A stretch of DNA of 64,000 nucleotides from Acholeplasma sp. (GCA_012838635.1 DUOW01000011.1:4882-68881); one strand, 5' to 3'. Positions 10,000 through 19,273 are shown, counted from the stretch's first letter. Notes: generated from the sequence alone by a model not told the origin. A program made the numbers and translations.

Positions 10000-11226
10000 T
10001 TAGATTAATCTTTCTCCGGTCTCCGCATTAAATACAAAGTAGGAAGAATAATTAAATCTGATCTTGTGTCCTACCTCCAAGTCTTTGATTGTTTGAGCAG
10101 ATACTAATGCTTTAAATGTTTTGCTAGCATCTTCAATTGAAGCAATAACCATTGTATCTCTACCAATGTGTTCTAAGAATTCAATCTCTGCTTCTAATCT
10201 TCCCTTTGGATCTACTTGGAAAAACTCGGCTCTAATACCTAGATGAATCGGTTGATCCTCTAGTTTAACCTTTTCTAAAACTTTACCATTTACGATAAGT
10301 TTTCCATCTTCAATTTTACCTTCAATAATGTTAATTGGAGGATTTCCTAAGAACTTAGCTACAAACTCATCTACTGGTTCATTGTAAACATGTTGAGGTT
10401 TGTCTTTTTGATGTAAAACGCCATCTTTCATAACGACGATTTCATCAGAAATACTCATTGCTTCTTCTTGGTCGTGTGTTACAAAGATTGTTGTAATACC
10501 AGTTTCTCTTTGAATTCTTCTAATTTCTTCTCTCATTTGCATTCTTAAACGTGCATCTAAGTTAGATAAAGGTTCATCAAGAAGTAATACTCTTGGCATT
10601 TTAACTAAAGCTCTTGCGATAGCAACTCTTTGTTGTTGACCTCCAGATAATTGATTTGGTTTACGATTCATTAAGTCTCCAATTTGAACAAGCTCAGCCA
10701 TATATTGTGCTCTTTTTTCCGCTTCTTCTTTTGGAACTTTCATGTTTTCTAATGGGAACATAATGTTTTGTTTTACCGTCATATGAGGATATAACGAATA
10801 GTTTTGGAAAACTAAACCAATTCCTCTTTTTTCTGGCGGTAAGTTAGTAACATCATCATCACCAAAGTAGATTCTTCCCGCTGTAGGTTGGTGTAAACCC
10901 GAAATCATGTAAAGTGTTGTTGATTTCCCACAGCCCGAAGGTCCTAATAGTCCAACTAACTTGCCTGCTGGAATTGTTACATCAAAATTGTCAACAGCTA
11001 CTGTAATTCTGTTTGTCTTTTTTTCTACGAATTCCTTAGTTAGTCCTTCTAGCCTAATTTCAACCCCCATATTTTTCATGTCTTTTTTGATTGTCTCAGT
11101 ATCAAAAACGGCCTCTTCTTTTGTAGATTCTAAAGCTAAATCTTTTTCTTTTACTTCTTTAGAATCTCCTGCTTGGGGTTTTTCCTTTTTCTTAAATTTT
11201 TCTTTGATTTTGTCAAAAATTCCCAT
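10000..11226 (-). CDS. ABC transporter ATP-binding protein (MalK/UgpC family) with ~55-aa Lys-rich N-terminal extension
   Basis: Walker A GPSGCGKST, signature LSGGQQQRVAIARAL, Walker B LLLDEP. A C-terminal MalK-like regulatory domain is present. Confidence 0.85.
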   Translation of the reverse strand: MGIFDKIKEKFKKKEKPQAGDSKEVKEKDLALESTKEEAVFDTETIKKDMKNMGVEIRLEGLTKEFVEKKTNRITVAVDNFDVTIPAGKLVGLLGPSGCGKSTTLYMISGLHQPTAGRIYFGDDDVTNLPPEKRGIGLVFQNYSLYPHMTVKQNIMFPLENMKVPKEEAEKRAQYMAELVQIGDLMNRKPNQLSGGQQQRVAIARALVKMPRVLLLDEPLSNLDARLRMQMREEIRRIQRETGITTIFVTHDQEEAMSISDEIVVMKDGVLHQKDKPQHVYNEPVDEFVAKFLGNPPINIIEGKIEDGKLIVNGKVLEKVKLEDQPIHLGIRAEFFQVDPKGRLEAEIEFLEHIGRDTMVIASIEDASKTFKALVSAQTIKDLEVGHKIRFNYSSYFVFNAETGERLI

Positions 11227-11254
11227 ATCATCTCTCCTATTTCTTAAGTATTAA

Positions 11255-11290
11255 AAAAGTCCACTCAATTAAAAAGTGGACTTAGTTATG
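11255..11290 (-). terminator. Intrinsic terminator / putative attenuator between recR and the ABC-nuclease operon
   Basis: Minus-strand hairpin AAGTCCACTTTTTAATTGAGTGGACTT followed by UUUUUU. About 35 nt further downstream is the RBS AGGAGAG for the ATPase gene. Confidence 0.6.
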
Positions 11291-11382
11291 TTAAAATATG
11301 GCATAAGAATGCCAAAAGTAGTACTAACTAACATAGTACTACAAGAGTTCATATTCACATTAGCTTGCTGAGACAAATTCAT
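11269..11382 (-). CDS. Candidate 37-aa leader peptide ORF (MNLSQQANVNMNSCSTMLVSTTFGILMPYFNITKSTF) overlapping the terminator
   Basis: An extended -10 (TGTAGTATAAT) and a strong RBS (AAGGATAAGGAG, 7 nt from the ATG) lie upstream. The stop codon TAA sits in the loop of the terminator hairpin. There is no other promoter between the hairpin and the ABC ATPase start. Confidence 0.35.
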   Translation of the reverse strand: MNLSQQANVNMNSCSTMLVSTTFGILMPYFNITKSTF

Positions 11383-11408
11383 GAAATACACTCCTTATCC
11401 TTATTATA

Positions 11409-12002
11409 CTACATTTTCCTTTTTCCTTCAAGGGCTTTTATCAAAGTTGTTTCATTAGCATACTCGATATTTGTCCCCGCAGGAAGACCATAACCAATTC
11501 GATAAACTTCCAATTCGTCTTTCAATAAATTGTTTATGTAATAAGCTGTCATTTCTCCATCTAGCGTAGGATTTGTAGAAATAATAACTTCGGTAATTCC
11601 TTCATCTTTAATTCTTTGTTTTAAACTACCTAAGTTAATATCATCTGGACCAACACCATTTAAAGCTGAAATTACACCATTTAAGATATGATATCTTCCA
11701 TGATATTGTCCTGTTGCTTCAATACTAATCATATCTTTATTGTTTTCTAAAATCATAAGTTGTTTTGTTCTTGTATAATCTTTACAAACAAAACAAAGAT
11801 CTTGATCAGTTAAAATCCCACAGTTTTTACATGGATGAACTTCTTCTAAAGCTTTAAGTAAATTGCTAGATAAGCTTTTAACATCTTCTTGATCTGCTCC
11901 AAGTAAAACATGTAAAGCAAGTCTTTCTGCTGTTTTGGGTCCTATTCCAGGAAATTTCTTAAAACTTGCAATTAGTTCTTCTAAAGCTTTTGGATATTTC
12001 AA
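11409..12002 (-). CDS. recR: Recombination protein RecR
   Basis: An HhH motif near the N-terminus (FPGIGPKTAERLA), a C4 zinc finger (CKNCGILTDQDLCFVC) and a Toprim domain. Standard dnaX-ybaB-recR synteny. Confidence 0.9.
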   Translation of the reverse strand: MKYPKALEELIASFKKFPGIGPKTAERLALHVLLGADQEDVKSLSSNLLKALEEVHPCKNCGILTDQDLCFVCKDYTRTKQLMILENNKDMISIEATGQYHGRYHILNGVISALNGVGPDDINLGSLKQRIKDEGITEVIISTNPTLDGEMTAYYINNLLKDELEVYRIGYGLPAGTNIEYANETTLIKALEGKRKM

Positions 12003-12004
12003 AA

Positions 12005-12313
12005 TTAAAACCCACCATATCCTAGCATACTTTGATATTTTCTCATCTTCTCTTCGGTAAATTTATCAATGTCATCAATTGCAATCTGACAAGCAGCTAC
12101 AATCATATCGCTTAACATCTCAAAATCATCACTATCATGAGCTTCAAAAGAAGGATCGATATCAACTTTGACTAATTTCTTATTACCTAGCATTTCAATA
12201 GTGACAACACCGCCTGCTGAAGCAGTAAATAAAGTTGCTTCAATTTCACGTTGTGTTTCAACCATTTCTTCTTGTAATTGTTTAATCTTTTTCATTAATG
12301 CTTGTTGGTTCAT
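12005..12313 (-). CDS. ybaB: Nucleoid-associated protein YbaB/EbfC
   Basis: 102 aa, conserved small protein between dnaX and recR. Its C-terminus (…YQSMLGYGGF) ends like YbaB family members. Confidence 0.85.
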   Translation of the reverse strand: MNQQALMKKIKQLQEEMVETQREIEATLFTASAGGVVTIEMLGNKKLVKVDIDPSFEAHDSDDFEMLSDMIVAACQIAIDDIDKFTEEKMRKYQSMLGYGGF

Positions 12314-12314
12314 A

Positions 12315-15300
12315 TTATTCCTCCGTCTTCACAATTTCAGAACCGAAGATATCTGCTAATTCTTCAGTAATTGATTTTTCTTTTTGATTAGATATATTTT
12401 TTAAATAAGGATTTCTTATTGGTGATAATTTTTTCGGGATTGAGCCCATTAAATAAGAACTTGCAAACTCTTCCCTTTTCTCACTAAAGTCTGATTCGGG
12501 TAAAGCCATATAGTTATAGAAAGCTCCTAATTTATCTTCTAGGATACTTAATGCTCTTCTTCTAGTTTTTCTATCCATAATTTGATTACAAACCATTGGA
12601 CTTTCATATACTAAAATAATCTCATTTTTACCTACCGCTCTAACATCACCTTGTTTTAATAAATTTGCAACTGAAACATCTTGAGGTAAGACACTTTCGC
12701 CTAAATAAGGCCAAAGTTCAGCTATCCTGCGTTTATCTTCTCTTGCATCTTTATCTAAAGCATCAATCATTATCCTTAAGATTATTTCTTCTGAATAATT
12801 TTCATATGCTTCTTCTTCATTTAAGTCTTTTTTAACTACTGGTTTAGTTGTTTGTGCTTGTTCAACTGGTTGTGGTTCTGCTGGTGCAGATTTTGGTTCT
12901 ACAAGATCAATTAAATCAGCTAAACTATCAATTGATTTAACTTCTTCTTGAACTTTTTGAACCGGCTCTTCTACTTTTGGCTCTTCAGTTTCAACTTCTT
13001 GTGTTTCTAAACCCATAGATTTTTGTTCATAATAATCATCTTTAGATTGTTTTCTAACGATTGTTGAATGAGTGCTGTGAACAACAACTCCATCTTCAGT
13101 TGTATATGTTTCTTTTTTATCTTCTTTAACTTTTGTTTCTGGTTTAACATTAAATAAATTATAAACTTCTTTATCTAAAGCTTTGTTCTTATCTTTATCT
13201 GCAGAATAAGCTGCATCAGTAATATCATATTCATCTTTATTTTTTTCATGCTTATAGATATAACCACTTGATATTTCGCCAGGTTTAACATCTGCTTGAT
13301 ATTTCAAACGATAACTCATTGAAGCTTTATCAATTTCACCATCGCCATAACTATCTTCATCTTCAGTTTCTTCAACTTCAATAGCATCATAAGTTTCTTC
13401 ATCTAAAGTTTCATCTTCATAATCATCTGATGCTTCTAGTTCGTTATCTTGTTCTTCTGTTTCTAATTCGTATTCTTCTTGTTCTAAATTTTGTTCATCA
13501 TCTTCGCTAGTTGTTTCTAATTCGATATCTTCTTCTAGTGTTTCCTCATGTTTAAGATCTTCTTTTTCCTCTTTAGCAATAGCACCAAAATCAAAATCTT
13601 GTTCGTCTCTTGTTTCAAATTCAGAAACAGTAATAACTTCATCACCAAAAAACATAATTTGGTTATCAGAAACTTTTTTGCTTGATCTTTTTGGTTTGCG
13701 TTTTTGATCAGCTTCAAAATAGTTTTCAGCACTTAAACGATAAACTTGTTCTTCCATTTGGCGAACTCGTCTTTCAATATCTGCTAATCCTACTGTAGAT
13801 ACTTTGTTTTGATTATCTATGTGTTCTTCTGGTTTTGCTTCTTCTAAAGCATCGATTCTCGCACGTAAGATATCTAAATCTTCATTTCCTTGCGCTTTGC
13901 TTTGTTTTAAAAGCTCATTTACCTTTTTTGAAATTTCTTCTACATTAACTTCGTTAGAAGATGCCTTAAAACTTTTAACCTTGTTTTCAAGCTCTTCAAT
14001 TCTTTCTAAAAGTTCTGGATCAACTTCGTTACTACTAACAGGTGTACTTGATTCAAACTTCTTCCCTTCAATTTTAGATTCAATTATCTTTAATCTGCCT
14101 TCTAAATAAGATGGATTTAAAGTAGCTAAATCTCCTCTTAATGTCTTTATTTCTTTTTCGTAAGTATTTAATTTTGTATTAACTGATCTAACATCTTCTA
14201 CATCTAAAGTATTAGCTGTTTTTCTTTCTAACGCTTCTACTTTATTTTTTAATACCGGAAGCTCTAATTTACTTAATTCACTCGTAATTCTAACAACTGT
14301 TCTTTCTAAGTTTTGAACAGAAGCGCTACTGCCGCCAGTTCCACTTCCACCTTCTTCTAATCTAGTTTCAAGATCATTCAAACGACGAACGATATCTAAA
14401 TCTTCACTAGAAGCATTAATCATTTTAATAATCGCTACTTCTAAGAAAATTAAAGGATTTGCTGAATACTTAATTTTGTTTTGTGTGTCGCTTAAGATAT
14501 CTACATAATAGAAAATCTTGTTATTTTCTATGGTTTTAGCTAATTCTTTAAATTGTTCTTTTTGGAAAATATATTTTTCATTCTTTTCATGTTGGAAAGA
14601 TTTGTATACCAAAATATCGCGGTATAAGCTAATTAACGAAGAAGACATTTTTAAAGCTTCTTTACCTAAATTGTAAAGTTCGGTAACTGCTTTTAGTGTT
14701 TTTTCAATTTCTTTATCTTCAATATGTTTAGCAATTTCTAAAAGTTTGTCATAACTTAAATTACCAGTAATATCATTAACGATATCCAAAGTAATTTCTC
14801 CTTCTGCTAAAGCTATTGCTTGATCTAGATAACTTAAGGCATCACGCATTGCCCCTTCAACACTTTCGGCTAAAGCTATTGCTGCTTCATCTTCAATTTT
14901 TGTGTTTTCTTGTTCGCAAACAAATTTAATATGTTTATAGATATCTGAAATAGCAATTGGTCTAAAATCAAATCTTTGACAGCGAGATAGGATTGTGGGT
15001 ATAACACGATTTGGTTCTGTTGTTGCTAGAATGAAAATTGCATGTGCTGGTGGTTCTTCTAATGTTTTTAATAAAGCATTAAAAGCACTACCACTAAGCA
15101 TATGAACTTCATCAATAATATAGATCTTATACCTAGCACCACTTGGTAAAAACTTAACTTTTTCTCTAATGTCTCTAATTTGTTCAACACCATTATTACT
15201 TGCAGCGTCAATTTCAATAACATCTGGGCTTGTGGTAATGGCAATTTCTGTACAAGATGTACACTCTGAACAAGGTTCGCCGGTTTCTTTATTAACATAA

Positions 15301-15494
15301 TGGCAGTTTAAAGCCTTTGCAAAAATTCTTGCAATTGAAGTTTTACCTGTTCCTCTTGGCCCACTAAATAAATAAGCATGAGAAATTTTTCCTGTAATTA
15401 TTGAATTTTGTAATGTCTTGATAATAATGTCTTGACCAATAACTTCTGAAAATTTTTGGGGACGATATGTCCTATAAAGTGCTTTATAACCCAT
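12315..15494 (-). CDS. dnaX: DNA polymerase III subunit gamma/tau, unusually long (1059 aa)
   Basis: The N-terminal AAA+ region has GPRGTGKTS (Walker A), the zinc module CxxC...CxxC and the SRC motif. About 600 aa follow, containing coiled-coil and highly acidic D/E-rich low-complexity segments. Confidence 0.9.
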   Translation of the reverse strand: MGYKALYRTYRPQKFSEVIGQDIIIKTLQNSIITGKISHAYLFSGPRGTGKTSIARIFAKALNCHYVNKETGEPCSECTSCTEIAITTSPDVIEIDAASNNGVEQIRDIREKVKFLPSGARYKIYIIDEVHMLSGSAFNALLKTLEEPPAHAIFILATTEPNRVIPTILSRCQRFDFRPIAISDIYKHIKFVCEQENTKIEDEAAIALAESVEGAMRDALSYLDQAIALAEGEITLDIVNDITGNLSYDKLLEIAKHIEDKEIEKTLKAVTELYNLGKEALKMSSSLISLYRDILVYKSFQHEKNEKYIFQKEQFKELAKTIENNKIFYYVDILSDTQNKIKYSANPLIFLEVAIIKMINASSEDLDIVRRLNDLETRLEEGGSGTGGSSASVQNLERTVVRITSELSKLELPVLKNKVEALERKTANTLDVEDVRSVNTKLNTYEKEIKTLRGDLATLNPSYLEGRLKIIESKIEGKKFESSTPVSSNEVDPELLERIEELENKVKSFKASSNEVNVEEISKKVNELLKQSKAQGNEDLDILRARIDALEEAKPEEHIDNQNKVSTVGLADIERRVRQMEEQVYRLSAENYFEADQKRKPKRSSKKVSDNQIMFFGDEVITVSEFETRDEQDFDFGAIAKEEKEDLKHEETLEEDIELETTSEDDEQNLEQEEYELETEEQDNELEASDDYEDETLDEETYDAIEVEETEDEDSYGDGEIDKASMSYRLKYQADVKPGEISSGYIYKHEKNKDEYDITDAAYSADKDKNKALDKEVYNLFNVKPETKVKEDKKETYTTEDGVVVHSTHSTIVRKQSKDDYYEQKSMGLETQEVETEEPKVEEPVQKVQEEVKSIDSLADLIDLVEPKSAPAEPQPVEQAQTTKPVVKKDLNEEEAYENYSEEIILRIMIDALDKDAREDKRRIAELWPYLGESVLPQDVSVANLLKQGDVRAVGKNEIILVYESPMVCNQIMDRKTRRRALSILEDKLGAFYNYMALPESDFSEKREEFASSYLMGSIPKKLSPIRNPYLKNISNQKEKSITEELADIFGSEIVKTEE

Positions 15495-15655
15495 TAAATA
15501 CCAACTCCTTGCGCGTATATTATTATACCATAAAAAATCGTTATTTTAAACAGTTTTATTTAAAGAAGATTTATTTTTAAAAAGCTCTTTTTTACTGTCC
15601 TTGTTTTTATATAAATTTTATAGTATAATTAAAAAATAATAGAGGTGATGTAAAA

Positions 15656-16240
15656 GTGAAAAAAGAAAAAAAGCCTAAACACATTTTTGAACTTTTTTGG
15701 ATTTTCTTTAAAATCGGCGCTTTTACCTTTGGTGGTGGTTTAGCTATGTTACCTCTAATTAGAAGAGAACTTGCGGAAAGGAAAAAATGGATCTCAGATG
15801 AAGATATGTTAGATATGTTAGCCTTAGCTGAATGTACTCCTGGAGTTATTGCTGTTAATAGTGCTACCTATGTAGGATATTCTGTAGGTGGTTTTTGGGG
15901 TTCTCTCCTTGCAACAATCGGAGTAATCTTACCTTCAATAATAGTAATAACTATTATTTCCTTTTTCTATCAAGCTTTCTTAGAAAACAAAGTAATTACC
16001 CAAATCTTTTATGGCGTAAGAATTGGAGCTGTGGTTTTAATCTTAAATACCTTAATGAAATTATATAAAGTATTAAAAAAAGACTATATGTCTTATGGTT
16101 TTATCGTCGTTGCCTTAGTATTTGCTTTACTTTTAGATATTCCTACAATCACTATTATTATTTTTGGAATGTTAATTGGAGCAATTTTTGCTGTGATTAG
16201 CGCTAAAAAAGAAGTGGAGACTTATGATGGCATATATTAA
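15656..16240 (+). CDS. chrA: Chromate transporter ChrA, short-chain half 1
   Basis: CHR family signature FKIGAFTFGGGLAMLPLI. GTG start. Overlaps the second half-gene by 17 nt. Confidence 0.8.
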   Translation: MKKEKKPKHIFELFWIFFKIGAFTFGGGLAMLPLIRRELAERKKWISDEDMLDMLALAECTPGVIAVNSATYVGYSVGGFWGSLLATIGVILPSIIVITIISFFYQAFLENKVITQIFYGVRIGAVVLILNTLMKLYKVLKKDYMSYGFIVVALVFALLLDIPTITIIIFGMLIGAIFAVISAKKEVETYDGIY

Positions 16241-16784
16241 AATACTTTTAGAATTATTCTTTGTTTTCTTTAAAATAGGTTTATTTACTATCGGTGGCGG
16301 TTACGCCATGATCCCAATGATAGAAGATGAAATTGTAATGCAAAAAGGTTGGATTACATCAAATGAGATTTTAAACTTCTTAGCAATCTCTGAGTCAACT
16401 CCTGGCCCATTTGCAATTAATATAGCAACTTTAATTGGTTTCCAACAAGCCGGCATCCTAGGTGGTATTGTTGCCACAATCGGTGTTGTTACACCTTCAT
16501 TTATTATTATCTATGTAATAGCGAAATTTATGTCTAAATTTTCTGAAAACTATTATGTGAAAACTGTCTTTAAAGTTTTAAAACCAATAATAATTGGTCT
16601 TTTGATTTCCGTAGTTGTTTCTTTAGTTGCCAAAAATTTATTCATTACTGAAGGAACAAATCAGCTTTTAGATTGGAAGGCTATTATAATAATGGTTGTT
16701 ATTTTTGCCTTGTCCCAAATCTTTAAAAAAGCTCACCCAATCTTTTTAATTTTAATTTCAGGTGTGCTCGGATATATCTTTTAA
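16224..16784 (+). CDS. chrA: Chromate transporter ChrA, short-chain half 2
   Basis: Second CHR half with FKIGLFTIGGGYAMIPMI. Paired short-chain CHR arrangement. Confidence 0.8.
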   Translation: MMAYIKILLELFFVFFKIGLFTIGGGYAMIPMIEDEIVMQKGWITSNEILNFLAISESTPGPFAINIATLIGFQQAGILGGIVATIGVVTPSFIIIYVIAKFMSKFSENYYVKTVFKVLKPIIIGLLISVVVSLVAKNLFITEGTNQLLDWKAIIIMVVIFALSQIFKKAHPIFLILISGVLGYIF

Positions 16785-16808
16785 GGCCTTATTCCTTAGT
16801 TTTTAATC

Positions 16809-17075
16809 TTGACAAAAAAGCTGCATAATGATAAAATTAAACTATAAAGCGATGAATAGAAAAGTACTATAAAAATCATTTACAGAGATATGATGGTGGT
16901 GAGAATCATAATTATCTTTTATAGGAAAGAACACTAGGAGCTGTTAGAAGAAATTTAAGTAGAACTAACCGTAAACTTTGCGTTAAAAAGTCAAATGAGT
17001 ATTGCGTATTTTATACGAACTAAGGTGGTACCGCGGAAATTTTTCGTCCTTAAATTAATTTTTTAAGGACTTTTT
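16809..17075 (+). promoter_or_regulatory. Promoter (TTGACA-17-TAAAAT) plus T-box riboswitch leader of asnS
   Basis: -35 TTGACA at 16809..16814 and -10 TAAAAT at 16832..16837. The conserved T-box sequence AAGGTGGTACCGCG is at 17022..17036. The terminator hairpin CGTCCTTAAATTAATTTTTTAAGGAC plus UUUUU is at 17045..17075. A possible specifier loop, GAAAGAACACUAG, contains the Asn codon AAC. Confidence 0.75.
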
Positions 17076-17096
17076 ATATTTTAGGAGGAAATAAAA

Positions 17097-18479
17097 ATGG
17101 ATTTATATTTACTAGACAAAAACTATAAACAACTAGAAAACAAAGAAATTACGGTTGAAGGTTGGGTAAGGTCAAACAGAGATCAAAAAGAATTTGGTTT
17201 TATTGCTTTATCTGATGGAACAACTCTAGGAACTTTGCAACTTGTTTATGATAACAAACTAGAAAATTTTAGTGAAGTATCAAAAATCAGAATTGGCTCA
17301 AGTATTACCGCTAAAGGAATAGTTGTTTTAACACCTAATGCAAAACAACTATATGAACTTAAAGTTACAAAATTAAAGTTAATTGGTGACTCTCCCGAAG
17401 ATTACCCAATCCAACCAAAAAGACATTCACGCGAGTTTTTAAGAGAACAAGCTTATTTAAGACCGAGAACTAATTTATTTAATGCTGTCTTTAGAGTAAG
17501 AAGCGTCCTTGCTTATGCAATTCATAATTACTTCTACGAAAACAGATTTGTCTACTTACATTCACCAATCATTACCGCAAGCGATGCAGAAGGTGCTGGA
17601 GATATGTTCCAAGTAACAACTTTAGATTTAGACAATTTACCAAAAACAAAAGACAAAAAAGTCGATTATTCTCAAGACTTCTTTAAAAAAGCAGCTCATC
17701 TAACTGTATCAGGACAACTTGAAGCTGAAACGTTTGCCACTGCATTTAAGAAAGTTTATACTTTCGGGCCAACATTTAGAGCAGAAAACTCCAACACACA
17801 ACGCCATGCTTCAGAGTTTTGGATGATTGAACCAGAAATTTGCTTTGCGGACTTAAACGATGATATGGCTTTAATTGAAGATCTTTTAAAATATGTAATT
17901 AGATATGTTTTAAAACATGCTAAAGAAGAAATGGACTTCTTTGATAAGTTTGTTGCTAAAGGTAAAATCAAAGAATTAGAAGCTTTCCTTGATTCAAAAA
18001 TTGCTGTTTGTACACATAAAAATGCAATTAAAATCATGAAAGAATCTGATCATAAATTTACAGAAAAACCTGAATATGGAAAAGACCTAGCAACAGAACA
18101 CGAAAAATACTTAACTGATATTCATTTTAAAGGCCCAGTATTTGTAATTGATTGGCCAAAAGATATCAAAGCATTCTATATGAGACTAAACGAAGATGGC
18201 GAAACAGTAGCAGCTGTAGACTTACTAGTTCCTGGTTGTGGTGAATTAGTCGGTGGAAGCCAAAGAGAAGAACGTTATGACTTACTAGAAAAACGTATGA
18301 AAGAAATGAACGTTCCTGTTGATGAAATGCAGTGGTATCTAAACTTAAGAAAATACGGTACTGTAAAACATGCAGGATTTGGTATTGGATTTGAAAGATT
18401 AGTGATGTATGTTACTGGTATTGAAAACATTAGAGATGTTTTACCATATCCAAGAACACCAGGAAATTGCGAATATTAA
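17097..18479 (+). CDS. asnS: Asparagine--tRNA ligase
   Basis: An N-terminal OB anticodon-binding domain and the class IIb core motifs (FRAE...GGSQRE...GFGIGFERL). 460 aa with an AsnS-like C-terminus. Confidence 0.85.
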   Translation: MDLYLLDKNYKQLENKEITVEGWVRSNRDQKEFGFIALSDGTTLGTLQLVYDNKLENFSEVSKIRIGSSITAKGIVVLTPNAKQLYELKVTKLKLIGDSPEDYPIQPKRHSREFLREQAYLRPRTNLFNAVFRVRSVLAYAIHNYFYENRFVYLHSPIITASDAEGAGDMFQVTTLDLDNLPKTKDKKVDYSQDFFKKAAHLTVSGQLEAETFATAFKKVYTFGPTFRAENSNTQRHASEFWMIEPEICFADLNDDMALIEDLLKYVIRYVLKHAKEEMDFFDKFVAKGKIKELEAFLDSKIAVCTHKNAIKIMKESDHKFTEKPEYGKDLATEHEKYLTDIHFKGPVFVIDWPKDIKAFYMRLNEDGETVAAVDLLVPGCGELVGGSQREERYDLLEKRMKEMNVPVDEMQWYLNLRKYGTVKHAGFGIGFERLVMYVTGIENIRDVLPYPRTPGNCEY

Positions 18480-18505
18480 ACTTGTTATTAATATATTAAA
18501 ACAAA

Positions 18506-18535
18506 AACACATTAGAAACTAATGTGTTTTTTTAT
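18506..18535 (+). terminator. Intrinsic terminator after asnS
   Basis: Hairpin AACACATTAG-AAA-CTAATGTGTT followed by TTTTTTT. Confidence 0.6.
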
Positions 18536-19273
18536 TTATACTTCTATTGTACATATCTTATTTGCTTTTCCAAAAACAAACAGTTTTCCTTCGTCGTTCT
18601 TTAAAGTTAATATTCCTTTTTTTAAATGAACTTTAATTTCACTTGGAATCCTTTCTTTATCTTGAAGAACTAAATACACAAAAGCGCAAGAAAAATCTTT
18701 TCCTTCTAACCAGCCATCTTCATTATATGTATAGATAACAACATTATCTTTATTAACTAATCGGGCAAAACTGATATCTTTTTCTTCAGAAAAATAAGGG
18801 TTTTCATATAATTCTTCAGCTAAACCACTACTTGCTAACTCATCTAAATTTTTAGTAAGAACTAAAACTTGTTCTCTTTTATCTAAATAACGATAAATAG
18901 GAATCTTGCCTTTAGTTGTTAAGATTTCGTCTTCAATTAGTTTATCTTGATTAATTTCAATTTCATAGCCAATTAGATCTTGCCCTACAATTTTAATTTT
19001 TTTGCCATCATAATTTATTTCATTTTGATAATTGATTTTATAATCTTGAAAATATTTAGAAATAGCTCTTATTCCCCCAAAGTAGATATCTTTTTTATCT
19101 CCCTTTGCATTAAAAACTTTAATTTTGTTATTGAAATAGACTATTAATCCCTTAGCTCCAATTCCAAGTTTTCGATTGCATAGTTTAATTGCTTCTTTTG
19201 TATAATCAATATTTTGTCTTTCTTCGCCAATAAGAAAATCATTTCCTTCTTCATGATATTTATAATATTGCAT
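18536..19273 (-). CDS. DapF (diaminopimelate epimerase)-fold protein, short, lacking the N-terminal catalytic Cys
   Basis: MQYYKYHEEGNDFLIGEE parallels DapF MQFSKMHGLGNDFMVVD, and LCNRKLGIGAKGLIVY parallels LADRHLGVGFDQLLVV. The position of the catalytic CGNG motif reads FGG. 245 aa versus about 275 for DapF. Confidence 0.5.
   Translation of the reverse strand: MQYYKYHEEGNDFLIGEERQNIDYTKEAIKLCNRKLGIGAKGLIVYFNNKIKVFNAKGDKKDIYFGGIRAISKYFQDYKINYQNEINYDGKKIKIVGQDLIGYEIEINQDKLIEDEILTTKGKIPIYRYLDKREQVLVLTKNLDELASSGLAEELYENPYFSEEKDISFARLVNKDNVVIYTYNEDGWLEGKDFSCAFVYLVLQDKERIPSEIKVHLKKGILTLKNDEGKLFVFGKANKICTIEV

Noticed and set aside
15656-16784. Split chrA as a pseudogenised chromate transporter
   Set aside because: Paired short-chain CHR half-genes with a small overlap are a well-known native arrangement. 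Both halves are intact with conserved GGG motifs.
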